DNA of 64,000 nt from Hydrolagus affinis (Eukaryota), in contig JAAILG010001249.1 of the NCBI GenBank assembly GCA_012026655.1, positions 1-64,000 on the forward strand. The letters run 5' to 3'. The position numbers were made by a program, and so were the translations under genes. Every line of letters starts with the position of its first letter. Position 1 is the stretch's first letter. This document shows, one piece after another, positions 22,641 to 36,782 of this stretch. The notes below the pieces were generated by a model. That model worked only from the letters and a program-made list of their open reading frames with translations. It ran no database searches and was not told where the DNA came from.

Positions 22641-25600
22641 TCCTATTGATTTCCAGTTCGTGCCTGCGTTTGATTGGGTCAAACGCTCTGACATGCTACC
22701 CAGTGTGAGGGGCACTATATAAATGCTAGTTATTCTTGTAATAATTTGGGTTGTTTGGACGCCTACCTCAATTCTGGATGCTATTTTGCAAAGAAATCTG
22801 GAGTCTTTGTCCCTGCATACCTACTGGGTTCCCATTGCATTTTATTCCAAGATGGGCTTGCTCCCTGCCTCACTGTGGTATTGAGCTACCACTTTGACTG
22901 CACTTTCGGTCATTTTTCACGTCCTCGGCTCGGATGCCAAGCCCGGGATGTTGTTGTTGTTGTATTCTCTTGTACCAGGTTCTCAGGCATATTACTGTAC
23001 AGAATGTTATGGATATGAGGCAAAGAGTTTCCGTTGTATAACAGCAGTGGCAGTATTTGGTCAGAGAATTGACTGTTTCATATCTCAGTGTTGAGCCCCA
23101 TTATTCACATGCTCACAAGATAATAGCTCTGCTTATCTCCTTCCAGCGATCCTTCAAGTGCTTGACATTCAGCCTCTGGCTATCTGATGTTCTCCTGCTG
23201 TGTACACAGTGTGCCAGTCTTGTGTGATCTTATCCTCCCATCGATGTGATCTGTGTTTATCGCTTACCGCTCTTTGGGGCATTCTGTTGCACTCCAAGAA
23301 GCTGAGAGAAATTGTCCGTCTCATGTTTGGCAGGATTTTAATGGCTTTTGTCATTTCATGGACCATTGAACAAAAGCAAACTTGCAATTTGTATGGCGCC
23401 GTTCTTGCAGGGTGACATCTTGTAGGGATTCACAATCACTGTGTCAGACACTGAGCAAGGTAGAGATGACCATAGGCAAGCTCAAAGGGGTGAGTTTTTT
23501 TTTGGGGGGGTGGATTTAATGTCAGTTAGTGAGGAATGAGACGGAGGAGTAACGGAGCAAGTTCCAAAGGTTAGGGACATAAATGCCAAAGGTACAATTC
23601 CTTGATGCTCTCACAATCTTCTAACCTTTGCTCAGAGGGGTTTGACACATACTAGGCATATAGATTTAATCTGCTTTAATCTGATGATAGTGAACGTTCT
23701 TATGTTGAATGATTTTTAACGTCATCATTCTCAGGTTGCATGTGAAACAAATACAACAAACCATTTTCACAACTCTCAACAGAGTATCCTTGGCTGTTGA
23801 GAAGGGAAGAGCCCATCCAGCTCATTAGAATCATTGAGACGCCGCAAAGAAGTGATAAGGCAGTATATTAAATGCAAGTATTATTATTAATTATTATAAT
23901 TAGCGTATCGACTCGGCGCCGTTTGTGAACATGCCAGAAAACGCTGGCCCACGAACACTATGGAAAATAAGTTGTCTGAAGAACAGGTTTTATTCCTCCA
24001 GCTTCCCAGACAATCCAGCCTGAAAATGGTAAAGTGTTCCCTTGGGTACAAGCAATGAGTAAAAGCCTGGAATTCATTCTAAAGCCTTTCTAATTAAAAT
24101 ATTTGGGGGCTGTGCTTTCTAGGACAAAATAGTCCAAAGCACACTTTTCTACCTCTGAACTGTAAGGGTTTAGACTTTAGACTATCTTCGAAGTTGAACA
24201 CAGTGAACTGAAAACTCGTCACTCCAACAGCAAAGATCTCAGTGAAGAGTTATTCAGAGTAGTGAGTTAGGCATATGTGTCAATACATAAATAAATACGG
24301 CCGAGATATTGATAGCATAGTGACTTAAGTGGTGACAAGGCAAGATCGAGTTATCAGTAGTTTACTGAATATGCTCTTTGACAATTGCGTTCAATTAGAA
24401 CAAGAAAAGCAATAAATCCCTGCGTTCAATATTGGGTCTATAATGCTAAATACATCTCAAAGCCCTCTCCAGGTATTTGTGGTCCAAGTGTAGTGACTGT
24501 TTTAGTACTAAGGTCATGTCTAGAGTATTAAGGGGAGGAATTCTGGTACGCCCCCTTGCGGAGACATCTGGCCTTGGCCAAACAACGTTATGAGGCACCA
24601 ATGGGGTCTAAAGGCGGACGAAAGAGGAACAGAAACCTTAAGCTACTTAGTGAAAAAATGGAGTAAGTGATGTTATAATTATGTACGCAGGTTGTTAATC
24701 TATCCCAAAAATTAGACCCCATTTTTAGCACACTAGGCTTTGTTGAACATAAAACAAATCTCCTTGAAGCAATACAAGTGAGGCATGTGTTATAAAAATG
24801 TCATTGAGCCAGACTGCATAATTTGGACCTTCTGCTTTCAATCCTAACTCCAAAATCCTTTTATTATTGGTAAGACCTGAAGTGAACCGTATTTTCAAAA
24901 CCGATCTGCATTAAGTTCATCCAGATTTATATACAGTGTATCTATATACTGTATATGTATGTACTGTAATATATATATATGTATAAATAGCAAAGTTTTT
25001 GACTGAAAATATGCTTTAAAATCTTATGGATCATTCTGAGGTGTCTCGACCTGGTGATATCAATGCTATTTTACTTGGGGCATTGTTAGCCAGGACATGA
25101 AGGAGAACACCCTTTTGTTCTCTAGTAATGTCTTGGAATCTTTAACGTCCATCTGAACCGGCAGACGAAATAGGACCTCAGGCTTATAGTCTCACCCAAA
25201 GGATAGTGCCTCCAACAATACAGCACTCAAAATTCACGTCTTTATTCCCTAAGTACAATGTAAACAATCCCGAGGCTGCCCTAGATCTGTAAAAGGCAGT
25301 CTTGCTTGGAAGACATTTGCACATTAAATTCAATTGGAAACTGTTTATTCAACTTTTTTCACATTGTCCAGAGCCCCCATTGACTTGAAACACATTTTTT
25401 TTTTAACGCCATGCCCTTAAATTTGGAGACAGAGGTATAGAGAAAGAGAGAGGGAGAAGTCTTTGGAAATATCCATTCTTAGCAGCTTGCGGCTTCAAAA
25501 GTCTTGCAAACTCCCTTTGTCTTGATTGCGATTAAGGTTTCCCTCCTTCTTCCCCTCTACCCCTCTGCCTGTTCTATTCCCCCCCGCCACCTCCCACCAT

Positions 25601-26139
25601 CCCTCATTCGTCCTCACATCCTGTTTCAAAACTCAGCTCTTCAACCCAAAATTCATCAATTTGGACTTCAGGTGGCAGGCAGCCCAGGGATCTTTGTGAG
25701 CAGCGGTGAGTAACCTGTGCTTCATTCACACAATTGTTGTTTTGGCTGACATCCAGGGGAACAGCCAAAAACTGGGCATAAGTGGAGCCACCCACTCCTC
25801 TCTCTCTCCCTCCCTCCCCCCATCCCTCCGCCCCCTTCCCCTCCACTCTCCTTCACCGTCAGTGTCAAAGTCAGAGCACGAAGCGATCAATTTTGAAACC
25901 GAATGAATAAAAGACTTTCTAAAGCACACTATTTGCATACGCCCCCAAACAAACCCCCCCCCCCCATCCCTCCACCACCACCACACAACAGGCACACACA
26001 GGACCCTCTTAGGCTTTGCAGAAGGAGCTTTCAGTCAAGTGATGTGTGCACATGTTATTTGCGATGGATAACTAACATGGGAATAGAGTCACATTCAACA
26101 AGTTTTTTTTTATTATTGTTTTACTTTAATGTTTTAACC

Positions 26140-26360
26140 TGATCTCTATATTGACCTGTCTGCTCCCTCTGCTCAGCGGGCTCTGGCTTGCTCCATGTTC
26201 CCCCCATCCCCCCAGCCCGCCACACCATAGCCGGTCAGACCTTCAGCCTTCCTGCCCTCACCCTTTGGAACTCCATTCTACAAACCCTTTTGCCTCGCTT
26301 GCCGAATTCAAGTCATGTCTCAAGATCTTCCTCTTTGACTGCTCCTTCAGTCACCCTCCT
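26140..26360 (+). mobile_element. L2 LINE 3' fragment
   Basis: Translates IAGQTFSLPALTLWNSIL and LAEFKSCLKIFLFDCSF. Confidence 0.75.
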
Positions 26361-27169
26361 ACCCCCCCCAAGTCTGGCTCTCTGGCAGGGCCTGGAAGGG
26401 AAGACCAGTCACTGGATCAGGGAGTCAATCCACTCAGCTACTGTGAACCCTGCAAGCCAAAGCCCTAAAGTGTAGGATGGTCCTAGCTGTATGAGCAGCG
26501 GATTTGCTTGCCAGACAGTGTGACATTACTCAAAAAGAGAAGGGATTTTATCCTGGTGTCCAGATCAATTCTCCCCCAGATAAAATCGGTAAAGCACTTC
26601 ATTGCTGTTTATGGGAATATTGCTGTGTACAAGCTGTCTGCCGCATCGCTGACACAAGGCGCAATCACTACACCTTACAGTAAATCTGCGGCCAGCGCTT
26701 CGAGTAGGCCACGGTTGTGACGCGAAAGGCCACTGATTCGAATGCAGGGGTTGCAATTGCCGTTATGATTATCGTTGATAAAGATAAGAACGAAAGAGGA
26801 GTTTTGGAGTACTTATTGCTCTGCTATCTTCTCTGGGAATGGAACCAGAGAGACCTGGCAGCAGATGGACGGGCTGGGCTAGTGCTTTTGGAACTGTGAG
26901 AAAATAAAACTGTCAGCGTTGAGAGTGGCTCGGTTTCATCACACTATCACGAAAGTTATGCAAATCGGGTCCATCTAGGGTAATAGTTGTTTTGGAATCT
27001 TCCAAGCCCTCCCCACAGGAGACTGACTTCAGAGAGTTACTGATCGTTTCTCAACGTAAATGTCAGCCAAAGGCCACAAGACTCTCTTTGGTAAAGTGAG
27101 TCTTGTCTGTGACACCGGGCAAGCTATATGTTACACCATCAATCCCCCTTCCCACCCCCCACACCCACA

Positions 27170-27530
27170 CCACAATCTCCTAACCCCATTCTTGCCAAGC
27201 TCCAATTTCTCCTGTTGCCCAATGGATTGAATTTAAGATCCTTGTTTTAACCGTCAATCTATAACTGTTAATTCGCTTTACAGTATATTCCGTGAAGCAC
27301 TTCGAGACATCCAGACAACGTGAAAAGCACCATATCAAATGCAAGGATTATTATGATTATTATTAACTGAGTCCAACTATATCTTTGGGATCTCCTGTGA
27401 TCTTGCTCCCCAAAGCCCACTCCACCAACTCAGGTCTGATCCAAGCCTCCAAGACCTCCCTGTCTACTCCACCATGGGTAGGCAAGCTTTTAGCCACCTT
27501 GCCCCCACTCAGTGGAATTCTCTCCCTAAA
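27170..27530 (+). mobile_element. L2 fragment interrupted by a SINE tail (27265-27365)
   Basis: cccattcttgccaagctcc..gattgaatttaagatcctt and MGRQAFSHLAPTQWNSLP flank the SINE tail. Confidence 0.65.
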
Positions 27531-29431
27531 TTGGAGGTGGTTTCAGCAGGAGTTTTTGGTATCCGGGGAAAGGAGCAATCACCGCCCTCGTTTGTGCTGT
27601 GGACTCTGGGAATTCTAGACAAGGCCCACCCTGTTTGGGAGTTTGCACACTGCGAGAGTAACATGAGCAAAAGACACTCTCCTATCTCCCGGTTTAACAA
27701 TACAGATTTACCCAGGATTTTAAATGCTACTGCAACCCTTGTTTTTGATAGTCTTTACACGTCGTCGGAAAGTCTCAAACAAACAACATTCATTGCCAAG
27801 CACGCAAGTATGACTGTGAATTTTACAGGTGAGCCTTCCAGCGTCTGGCCAACAATCCACTAGGTTAAATTGTTGATTCACTTGTTCATAGGCCAGTTAC
27901 AACACTTGAGTAACCCACGTGAAGCGCTTTGGGACATTTTTGATCTGATAAGTGCCGTGTCGAATGCGAAGGTTACTGTAATGAACAATCTGTCCTTCCT
28001 GTACTTTTGTGAAGCGTCAACAGGTGAAATGACGCAACCCGAGCTTGTCAATTATGACGTTAAAAGTTGTTTTCATTTTCAACCTAAGAACTTTCATTCT
28101 CATCAGATTATAGCGGATTAAAAACCACGCACCCAGTGATTGCCAAACTGAGCGGCAGAGAGAGAGAGAGAGAGTGAAGATTAGAAGAACATGAGAGAGC
28201 ATCACCCTGCAGCAAAGAATTGTATCTTCAATGGAGTTGTTAGCAAGGACTGTAACAACAACAACAGCTTGGATTTACATGGCGCCATCCACGCCGGACA
28301 GAGTCTGTAGGCCTAAAGTCCTTAATTAGTGGCATCTAATTTGTGATATATCTTAACAGAATTTAACAAACGTTCAAAAAAATCACCCTGACCTGGGTCA
28401 GATATTTGCCCGATCCTATAATGGAACAGAATTTGGGATAATAGGTTAAATTCAAGCTCAACTTTGACGCTGGTTTGCTGCCTGGTGCAAAAAGGGAGCA
28501 AACATTAATGACGTGCGTGAATGATTCCATTAATGTATGAATGACGGCGTTGGCTATGTCACAACCTGCACTGGTGTGTCAACAGCTGCATTGGTGTGCC
28601 AATTGATGCGCTAACACTGTGCGCTAATCACTGTATCAGTGTGTCACCCACAGGACTATTACAATTGCTTTACGTCCCAAAAAAGCAAGTCCGGTAACAT
28701 CCAATACCATTGTATAACAGTAAAACAAAATCTGAAAATATACGACATAAATCAAGGACGCGTGCACTATTTGTGGACCGCACAACAGCATCAGATGTAC
28801 AAGAACTATCAACCAGCTGTTTTCCATTCGCTTCAGTGGGAAACTAGCCCTGAACCATCGCAAACTGTTGAACTTTAACTTTGGCATGTTCTCTTTCCAA
28901 CAAAAACAAATAGCGCTGTACTGATGACATCAGCGTGGCATCATCTGGAAAATAAAATGGCCACGTTTCATTTCGGGATCTATACTCATCGCTGGATTAA
29001 TGGGAAAAGCCTCGGACGGGCCATGGCCAAGGGACGTAAGCTTTCGGGGGTTCAGCATATCTGCTGAGATCTCTTCATTGAGATCACGATCCAGGCTGAC
29101 CTTCCAAGGCATCCCTCAGTGTCAAGTCACTGGTCATTCACTGCATTGCTATTGCTGGAGGTGGTTGGGGGGTATTGGTGGGGTGGGTGGGAGGGGGGGA
29201 TGTTACACAAATAGTTGATGTACTGAGGCATTTACTTACAAAAACAGTCGCTACACTTGAAGCAGTTGGTGAAGGAGTTAAAAGGTTTACATCCCAATCC
29301 AAAGACCAGGATTTGTCTTCCAGGGGCTCCTCGGACTTCGGGGATCGGGGATGTGTCGTACTTTAAATTTCGTGGAAACAAATCATCTTTTTGGGGGTAC
29401 AATATGATACTGGATCCATTAAATATTAATA

Positions 29432-29710
29432 ATATCAATAATAATCCATGCATTTGATATAGTGCCTTACCGTGTCGTTGAGATGTCTCAAAGCACTTCA
29501 CAGAAAATACTGTAAACTGGAGTGGCTGTACATTTTGTGGGCGAAATGCGGCAGGCGGCAGCGTCCCACAAATGGGTCATGGATTGAGTGACCTTCAATT
29601 TTATTTTATTATTATTATTTTTGGAAAGGGATTATTACCCTCGGTAAGCGATCCGCCAATCCACTAGTGAGGTGAGAGCGCCCTAACCAACATGCTACGG
29701 GACTCCACAA
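29432..29710 (-). mobile_element. tRNA-derived SINE with internal deletion
   Basis: The minus strand starts gtggagtcccgtagc..ggttagggcgc and jumps to ggatcgcttaccgagggtaataatccc, then body and tail. Confidence 0.75.
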
Positions 29711-30969
29711 CAGAATATCAATTCTTCCAGCACTTTAAATGCAGGATAAAGGATAAGGTCCATTTACAAGGCATGAAGCCAACTGAGGGATTGACGGAAT
29801 AGAAACCGTACGATCAAAGCTCCAGGCTTTAAGCTCTTCATCCACTGTTAAAAATTGGATCGATGCTTTGACTTCACTACAAGTAGCCATTGTATTTCTG
29901 AATACGTTACAAAAACAGCCTGCCTTCAAAACACCACTCGTTGAGAAAACAATGCGTCAGTCTGGCTTTGTCTGTCGTGCTTTCACCTCCGAGTCAGAGG
30001 TTTGGTGGTTCAAGCCACATGCCAGGACTGTGATCCATTCCATTCTTTCCACTTCTCCCTCATCCATGCCACCTCTCCCTCATCCATTCCATCTCGGTCC
30101 GTCGGCCCAAATCCCCTTGGGTTATTTTTTTCCACGTGTTTTGTTGCTAGGCACCGGGGGATTGCGATTAAAGGTCGGTTTCACTGGAACATTTGGACAA
30201 GCTTCCTAGACGGTGCTCTCGGCCGGCAAACGACGTGGTTCTAATCGGTCACCCCTCCCCAAAGCCACAATGCACCATACAACAGGAACAATAATGATCA
30301 ACTATCTATTCCTGCCCTTCCTTAAAATCTCACAGAGCGTTCGGTTTCGTATGGTCACCAGGTAGGAGGTAACAGGGACAGAAAATTGTGCGAACAAGTC
30401 CTAGGTAAATACTATGTTCACCACCTTGTCTACCAAAGCCCCAGGGTTGAGGCAGATGCTACACCATTTGTTTTTCTTCACTGTTACTAAAACGCCTCAG
30501 TGAGTCAATTTGCAGCCTGTTTCATAGGCTTGTGTGTAAATACTGAGGAGCAAAATCAATAGCATTTTTTTTTGCAGAACGGCATCGATCAAAACACAGA
30601 ATTCTTCAGTTGCCAAAGATCGTTGGATTCTTCTGTTTGCCTTTCAGTTTGTTGGAAACCGACGACTGCATTCCTGTTTCTTTCGTGTCCCATTTTGTCA
30701 CGTCAAACTGGCAACGAATGCTCAGTGTAAAGGATGAAAGAAACTTTCACACAACCTTTTATCTCCCGAGCACTTAGCTCCCGATCTCAGCCGCACTGTG
30801 GGCAGCCAAGAGCTCCCCCAATAGTGGGGCAGAGTACTGCACCAGGGCTTCCACACGTATCATCATCAACAACAACAACTTGTACTTATATAACGCTCCT
30901 CACGCAAAGCAGAGTCCCACAGCCCCTTCAACCTTCAAAGTGGCGCTGGCGTAGAGTGTAATAAAAAAA

Positions 30970-31146
30970 AATTGGTCATTTCAATCCATGACTGTTTGTA
31001 GGACGCTGCTGTGTGCAATTGGCTGCCGCGTTTCTCCCATGAATATAATCAGTTCACTTTGCACTGTAATCTGTGAAGCGCTTTGAGATGTCTAGAAGAT
31101 GTGAAAAGCACTATATCGAATGCAAGGATTCTTCTTCTTATTATTA
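30970..31146 (+). mobile_element. SINE 3' half
   Basis: Close match to the family consensus. Confidence 0.9.
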
Positions 31147-31624
31147 TAATTAGAGCAAACCCACTGATTGGTTTGGTCGAGGAACAGAGAATATGGGACC
31201 TCAGAGATTGTAAACCATCGGTAAAATAGTGTGAGGGGAAGACACTATGGAGTGCCTTGAGACAAATGGATACCAAACGCACAGCAAAACAGGGATGGCC
31301 TCATTTCCTGACACACAGAGCCGGGAAAGCTCCGCGGCTTGTTCCTGGGGATCAGCGGTGAGTTCAGGCGCCAAGGGAAGTGGAACCAGCGAAAATACAT
31401 CATACGAGATTCAGAAATATCCTTTGCCAGGGGAGCAATCAATGTGACTGTTTATCTCAATGTCATGTGTGTCCCACAATCATATGGCAATCGATCGATG
31501 CCGGGGCTAGAGCTTTCGGATTGGCAAGCTCAGGAGCCCGGCAGCAAATGAGAGTTAGATTTTGTTGTCACCCAGGAGATATGTCATTTCCTGGCTGGCC
31601 TGTACTCACACTCCCAACGAGGAG

Positions 31625-31900
31625 AGCCTTCAGAGGATAGAGTTTAAAGCCCTCCATGGTCTTGCTACTCCCAACCTCTGCAATCTTTTAATTACGCACC
31701 GAGCTGTCTGATCCCTCTGCTCCCCGGGCACTGGCTTGCTCCATATCTCCCCGCCCACCTGGCCCCAAAATTGGGGCCTTTCTGTCCTCACCCCTCTGGA
31801 ACTCCATCCCGAAACCCCATCCATCTTGATCCCTCCCTTGCCTCCTTCCTTGCCATCTCCAGACTTTCCTCTTTGACTGACTATGCCTTTGGTCACTCCT
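31625..31900 (+). mobile_element. L2 LINE 3' fragment
   Basis: tttaaagccctccatggtcttgctactccc..ctctggaactccatccc; homologous to 20285-20722. Confidence 0.75.
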
Positions 31901-33154
31901 CAAACCCTTAACTGCCCTTAACTATCCAGCGCCTTTTGTTGTTCTTGTTGAAAATCCATCGCTGGACAGTGTTGGTGGTGGGGGGGGGGGGGGTGGGTGC
32001 AGGGAATATTTAAATAATTTTTCCCTTTTAAAAGCCAACATCGTGGCTCAGAGAGTTGATGGCTCGCACCATTGTGCAGCGACATCAAATCTGTTATCTT
32101 ATGTTGCGCGTTCGACCCGTTTCAATGGGTCTAGCTGCGAAACGAGATCCCAATGGTTTAAGGTTACAACAACACTACAAAGGAGGTCGATTGCCACACG
32201 CGAGCTCTGAGGGAAACAGCGCTCGAGTAGCTTTGGAATTTCATCTTTCTAATGTGGAAACTTCAAACAAACAACAGGCTGGTGTACAAAGATCCCCCTT
32301 CCCAGCGTTTAATCCCACTTTGTGAGAGAGGAGAGAGAGGGAGAGTTTCATGTTCCGCACCAGGAATATTCCGGCAACTGGAGTTCACGGGCTCCGGTTG
32401 CAACATGCAGTAACGGAGCTCCATTTCCTCTATTAAAATGCGTTGCGAAGCGCTGGGAGATGTTATCCAACGAGAAGGCATGGTATGTGAATGTGAGTTG
32501 TTGTATTAATTAAGTAATTAATTAGCTGTACAGGGGATTTGAAATCTCTCTCTCTCTTTCTCCCCCTCCCGCCGTTTGTCTGACACGTGCGGAAACTCAT
32601 TCACTTTACAGCTAGACTGTAAAGTGAGACATCGTGAAGACATGAAAAGCGCTATATCAAATGCAAGGCATATTATTATTATTATTGTAATTCCTACGCA
32701 TGGGAACCCCCTCACATCTGGAAATCGAGTATGCATTCCCCTCGCACGGTCACTTTCAAATCTGCAAGGCCCCGGCAATGAGTGTGTTAAATAAAACCCA
32801 CTCGCTGAAGAAAACAGTTCGTTGCAGGTCTTTTGATTTATTACCGTTAATAAATAATACTGAAAAGCCTCGCATTTGATGTAGCGCCTGTAACATCGAA
32901 ATATCTCAAAGTGCGTTAGAGTAATTAGTGTTAAGTGCAATGACTATGTGTTTTGTGGGCGAACACAGCAGCCAATTCTGTCTCACTAAAAGCTATGAAG
33001 TGCGTGATCAATTTTATCTGGGGGATTGTCGGCCAGGACACCAAAAGAGAGAGAAACTCCATCCTCTTTCTTTGGTGAGTGCCAGGCTGGACCAGGCTGG
33101 ACCTCATCCGATGCAGAGCACCTTGTAAAGTGAGTAGGCTGCGTATTTCCAATA

Positions 33155-33320
33155 ATTTGGTCACTCAATCCATCACCGCTTGTGGGACACCACCGTGCGC
33201 AATTGGCTGCCGCGTTTCGCCCACAAAATGTGCAGTCAATTCACTTTGCAGGACATTCTGCGAAGCGCTTTGAGATATGCCTGAATGACGCGATAAGGCG
33301 CTATATCGAATGCAAGGACC
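33155..33320 (+). mobile_element. SINE 3' half (an opposite-strand older copy lies at ~32865-33070)
   Basis: gtgcgcaattggctgccgcgtttcgcccacaaaa..gaagcgctttgaga..atatcgaatgcaagg. Confidence 0.85.
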
Positions 33321-34034
33321 ATTGTTATGATTAAGATTAGCTGAGAAGGAGAAGGAGAAGGAAGAAACAAAGTTTGAATTACTTTAAGTGCTAATGGAGA
33401 CCTCCCTTCTCCCCACCTGCCCCCACCCCACCACCCCCAAATAAATCTCCTGAATACTGGCTGACCTGCATTTAGAGCAAAGTTCAGGTCTGCGAGATTA
33501 TTCACAGATTAATGCTGGTCAACACGACACAGTCCAGACCTCATGTATATATCAAGAGGGCAAACTTCCCTTTGAAGCAAATCAAAGAGCGTGTTGGAAA
33601 GAAATGTTGACAGTGAACAGTTGGGAACTTGAGGGAAAAGAAAAGGGCCCAATTCCATGTTCGCTGCCTGCCATCGGATGTAACATTTTGTTGCAATTAA
33701 CCTGTGAGCGTGACCCCCGATGTCTTATTTTGCAAATTGAAAGCGTTGCATTCCCAGCTGTTCCGTCTTGAAGTGGTTATGTCTAAGTCTTCTTCGGCTA
33801 GCTACTCCATTGAGGAAATTGCCATTGCTTGGAGGAATCGTTGGGTGTCGTGATTGAGGGTGGGGGGAGAAAGTGATGGTGGGGATTGGGTGGGAGGGGC
33901 AGGTATGCAAAAAAATCCATGACTATTGTCTCCTGCTCCACTGCCCACCAAATGCTGGGACAATCACGACATTGGGTTTGGATGAAGAAGGCCCTTTGGT
34001 TCATCTGGTCTCATCATACAGTAATCAGGTATTA

Positions 34035-34201
34035 TTGCAATCCACGACTATTTGCGAGGACGCCGCTGTGTGCAATTGGCTGCCGCGTTTCGCCCACAAA
34101 TATGCAATCAATTCACTTCACTGCATATTCTGTGAAGCGCTTTGAGACGTCTAGAAGACATGAAAAGCGCTTTATCAAATGCAAGGATTATTATTATTAT
34201 T
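34035..34201 (+). mobile_element. SINE 3' half
   Basis: Near-consensus body and (ATT)n tail. Confidence 0.9.
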
Positions 34202-36338
34202 AGTCCACCATTTTTAAACATATCCCAGTGTCCTGGCCAGAACTGCCTTTCCTATTGACCCTTATTCCAGTCATTGGCAATCGATAGTTGGACCATTATG
34301 GGCTTTCTGTGTGTTTGCTATAAGATGCACATGCAGTGGCAGCTATCCGTGAAGCCCTTTTTACGCTCTAAGTGTAAATTCAAGGATTGTTATGATAAAT
34401 TCAGAATCTGCTTGTGTTCTGGGTGTGTCGGAATGCAATGTTTGATGTTTGAACAAGGTGCAGCCCTCACGAGAGGTGTGGTGGGGAGCGGGGAGGGGAG
34501 GCGGAGGAGAGGACATAGATTCTGTGTCCAATCTGTCCTATGACTCAACTGATCCACTTGGATTCGGAGCTCTATTTTTTCATTTCGTCTCCTAATCCTT
34601 TCTGTTGATTTTCTTTCAGCACTGTGAAAGCAAAAAATAGCCCACATTACACAACGGCAAACATAAGATTAACAAGTGGTGAGCTTTGTTCCGTCTTAAG
34701 AGGCGAGGCAATGCTTTCAGAGCTTAATCCTCTGCCCTTCTCTGCTCGAACCCCCATCCTTGAGATATTTAATTCATTGCCGACTAATTCAATTTGAAAT
34801 TAAAAAAAGATTGGAGGAAAAATAGGATGGCGTCTCAGCGGAATGTTGTGTAACACAAACCCACGGATGCTGAACACTTTACTGCTGTTATATAAATCTT
34901 TAATCTTGATGCTCTGAGAGCCTGATTGACTATCCCAACTCACAAGAAACACGAGATGAGATGTTGTGAGAATTCAATGGCAAATTGTTTCGTGTTGGTT
35001 GCTGGAGTGAGATATCCGATAAGCCAAGGTTTCAATCCTTTATCAAATTGACAATCCACTACTTGCTGCCTGCGCTCAATTGACTCCAGCCTTCTGCTTG
35101 TCCCTTGTGCCCTCTGTTCCACCACCTGCTGAGCTTTCAACCACTACAGGCATGAAGCGAGTGACCAACTTTATCGGTCAAGACTTTCCACTTCGACCAT
35201 GACCTCCGTCCCTTCCGCTCCACACCATCTTGGGCCCACCTCTCCTGAATCCAATCCCGAACTTGGGAGCAAACTCTCAACTACCTAACACCTTGGGACA
35301 TCCTTCCGATGGGACAGGTGCGATATAAATGCAATTTGCTGTTGTTCTTAGTGGTGTTGGTATATAGGGAAGGTTTGTTGGTGGTACACTGGGAGAAACT
35401 CCATTCACTGTTTCAAGTAGATCCAAGGGAACTTTAGCACCCAACTGAATTGTTGAGTTCATAGAATAAATGAAGAGAAATACATTGGTTAGTAGCTCTC
35501 TACATAATGTTATTTTTTTCCATAACTTTAACTGAGTGGGTTTCCAGCCTACAGTATAAATGCAAACCTGTACCTACTCCACTGAGTAATAATATAATCT
35601 TGGATCAGCGTATCATCTGTTGCCTTGCGGTTGTAGACCGACCTACCTGACGACATCGGTGACATTGCACCAATGGTAATTTAAGCTTTGGCCTCTTGTC
35701 AAAACCTTCGAGTTCCAACAATTTAAAAAAAATGTCTCTGCAAAGTTAACTTTACCCTTGGTCACCTTTCTCATTTCTTTCAACATTGCTTTCCTATTCA
35801 GCCAATCTGCGTCATAGCGGCCTATGCCAAAGTGATCCATGTCTTTGAATAACACAGGACTGTAATAAATATTATCCATGTAAAGCGCAGCACTCTAATG
35901 AAACCCTTGTTCCATTTGCCTAAGCCCCACATTGTGCGTAAGACCAGCTTTAGGATATTTGCTTTCCTTCCTCGTACATCGCTTCCAATTCCAACGGAAT
36001 CCAGATGACGCAGTCCCGTTGCACGCATGCCTTCCTAAACTTCACTTGGCACCTTGCTGAGGGACCTCTTGGAACATGAAAACACATCCCCTTCAAGTTC
36101 AATGCAATGAGGCTTTTTTTCATCGGCTCTCATCTCCTTGCCAATTTGGACGTTGCTGTACTCTGATTCAACCAAAACATTGGGAAATATCACATTTTTT
36201 GAACAAGGATCTAGCGTTGGTGCTCCTTAAGGGAGTCCTGGTCATTATAGTTTCAACGGAAAAACTTCAATCCTGCATCAAAGGTCTTATGAATTGAGCT
36301 AGATGGTGCTGCACGCAAGGGCTGATGACTGGCAAATG

Positions 36339-36722
36339 GTGAAGTCCTGGAGTTTCGTGGTTAGAGCACTCGCCTCACAAGCCAAAGGACCAAGGTTTGA
36401 TTGCTGGGCAGGGAGAAACCTTTGGCAAGTTTCCTTACTCTACTCGCCTCTGTTTGCCAAGCAGTAAGTAGGAACCCAATCGGTAATTGACTGGTGGATC
36501 ACTTTCTGAGAGTAATAATCCCATTAAAAAAAATAATAATTTGGTCACTCAATCCATAATAATAATAATAATCCATGATTGTTTGTAGGACACTCTCTGC
36601 ACAATTGGTTGCTGCATTTAGCTCACAAAATATAGTCAATTCAGTTTACAGTATATTCTGTGGAGCACTTGGAGACGTCTCAACAATGTGATAAGGCGCT
36701 ATATCAAATGCAAGGATTATTA
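36339..36722 (+). mobile_element. Full-length tRNA-derived SINE, long variant
   Basis: Head, an extra ~64-bp segment at 36449-36512, body and tail. Confidence 0.88.
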
Positions 36723-36782
36723 TATTCTATTCCATTCAGATCAATGCAGACAGGAAGTAAGGAGGCATATGTAGCCTGTACA

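Noticed and set aside
35643-36028. Minus-strand ORFs with faint CR1-like words (NCWNS, TRGQSL)
   Set aside because: The motifs are out of the expected order and too degraded to assign.
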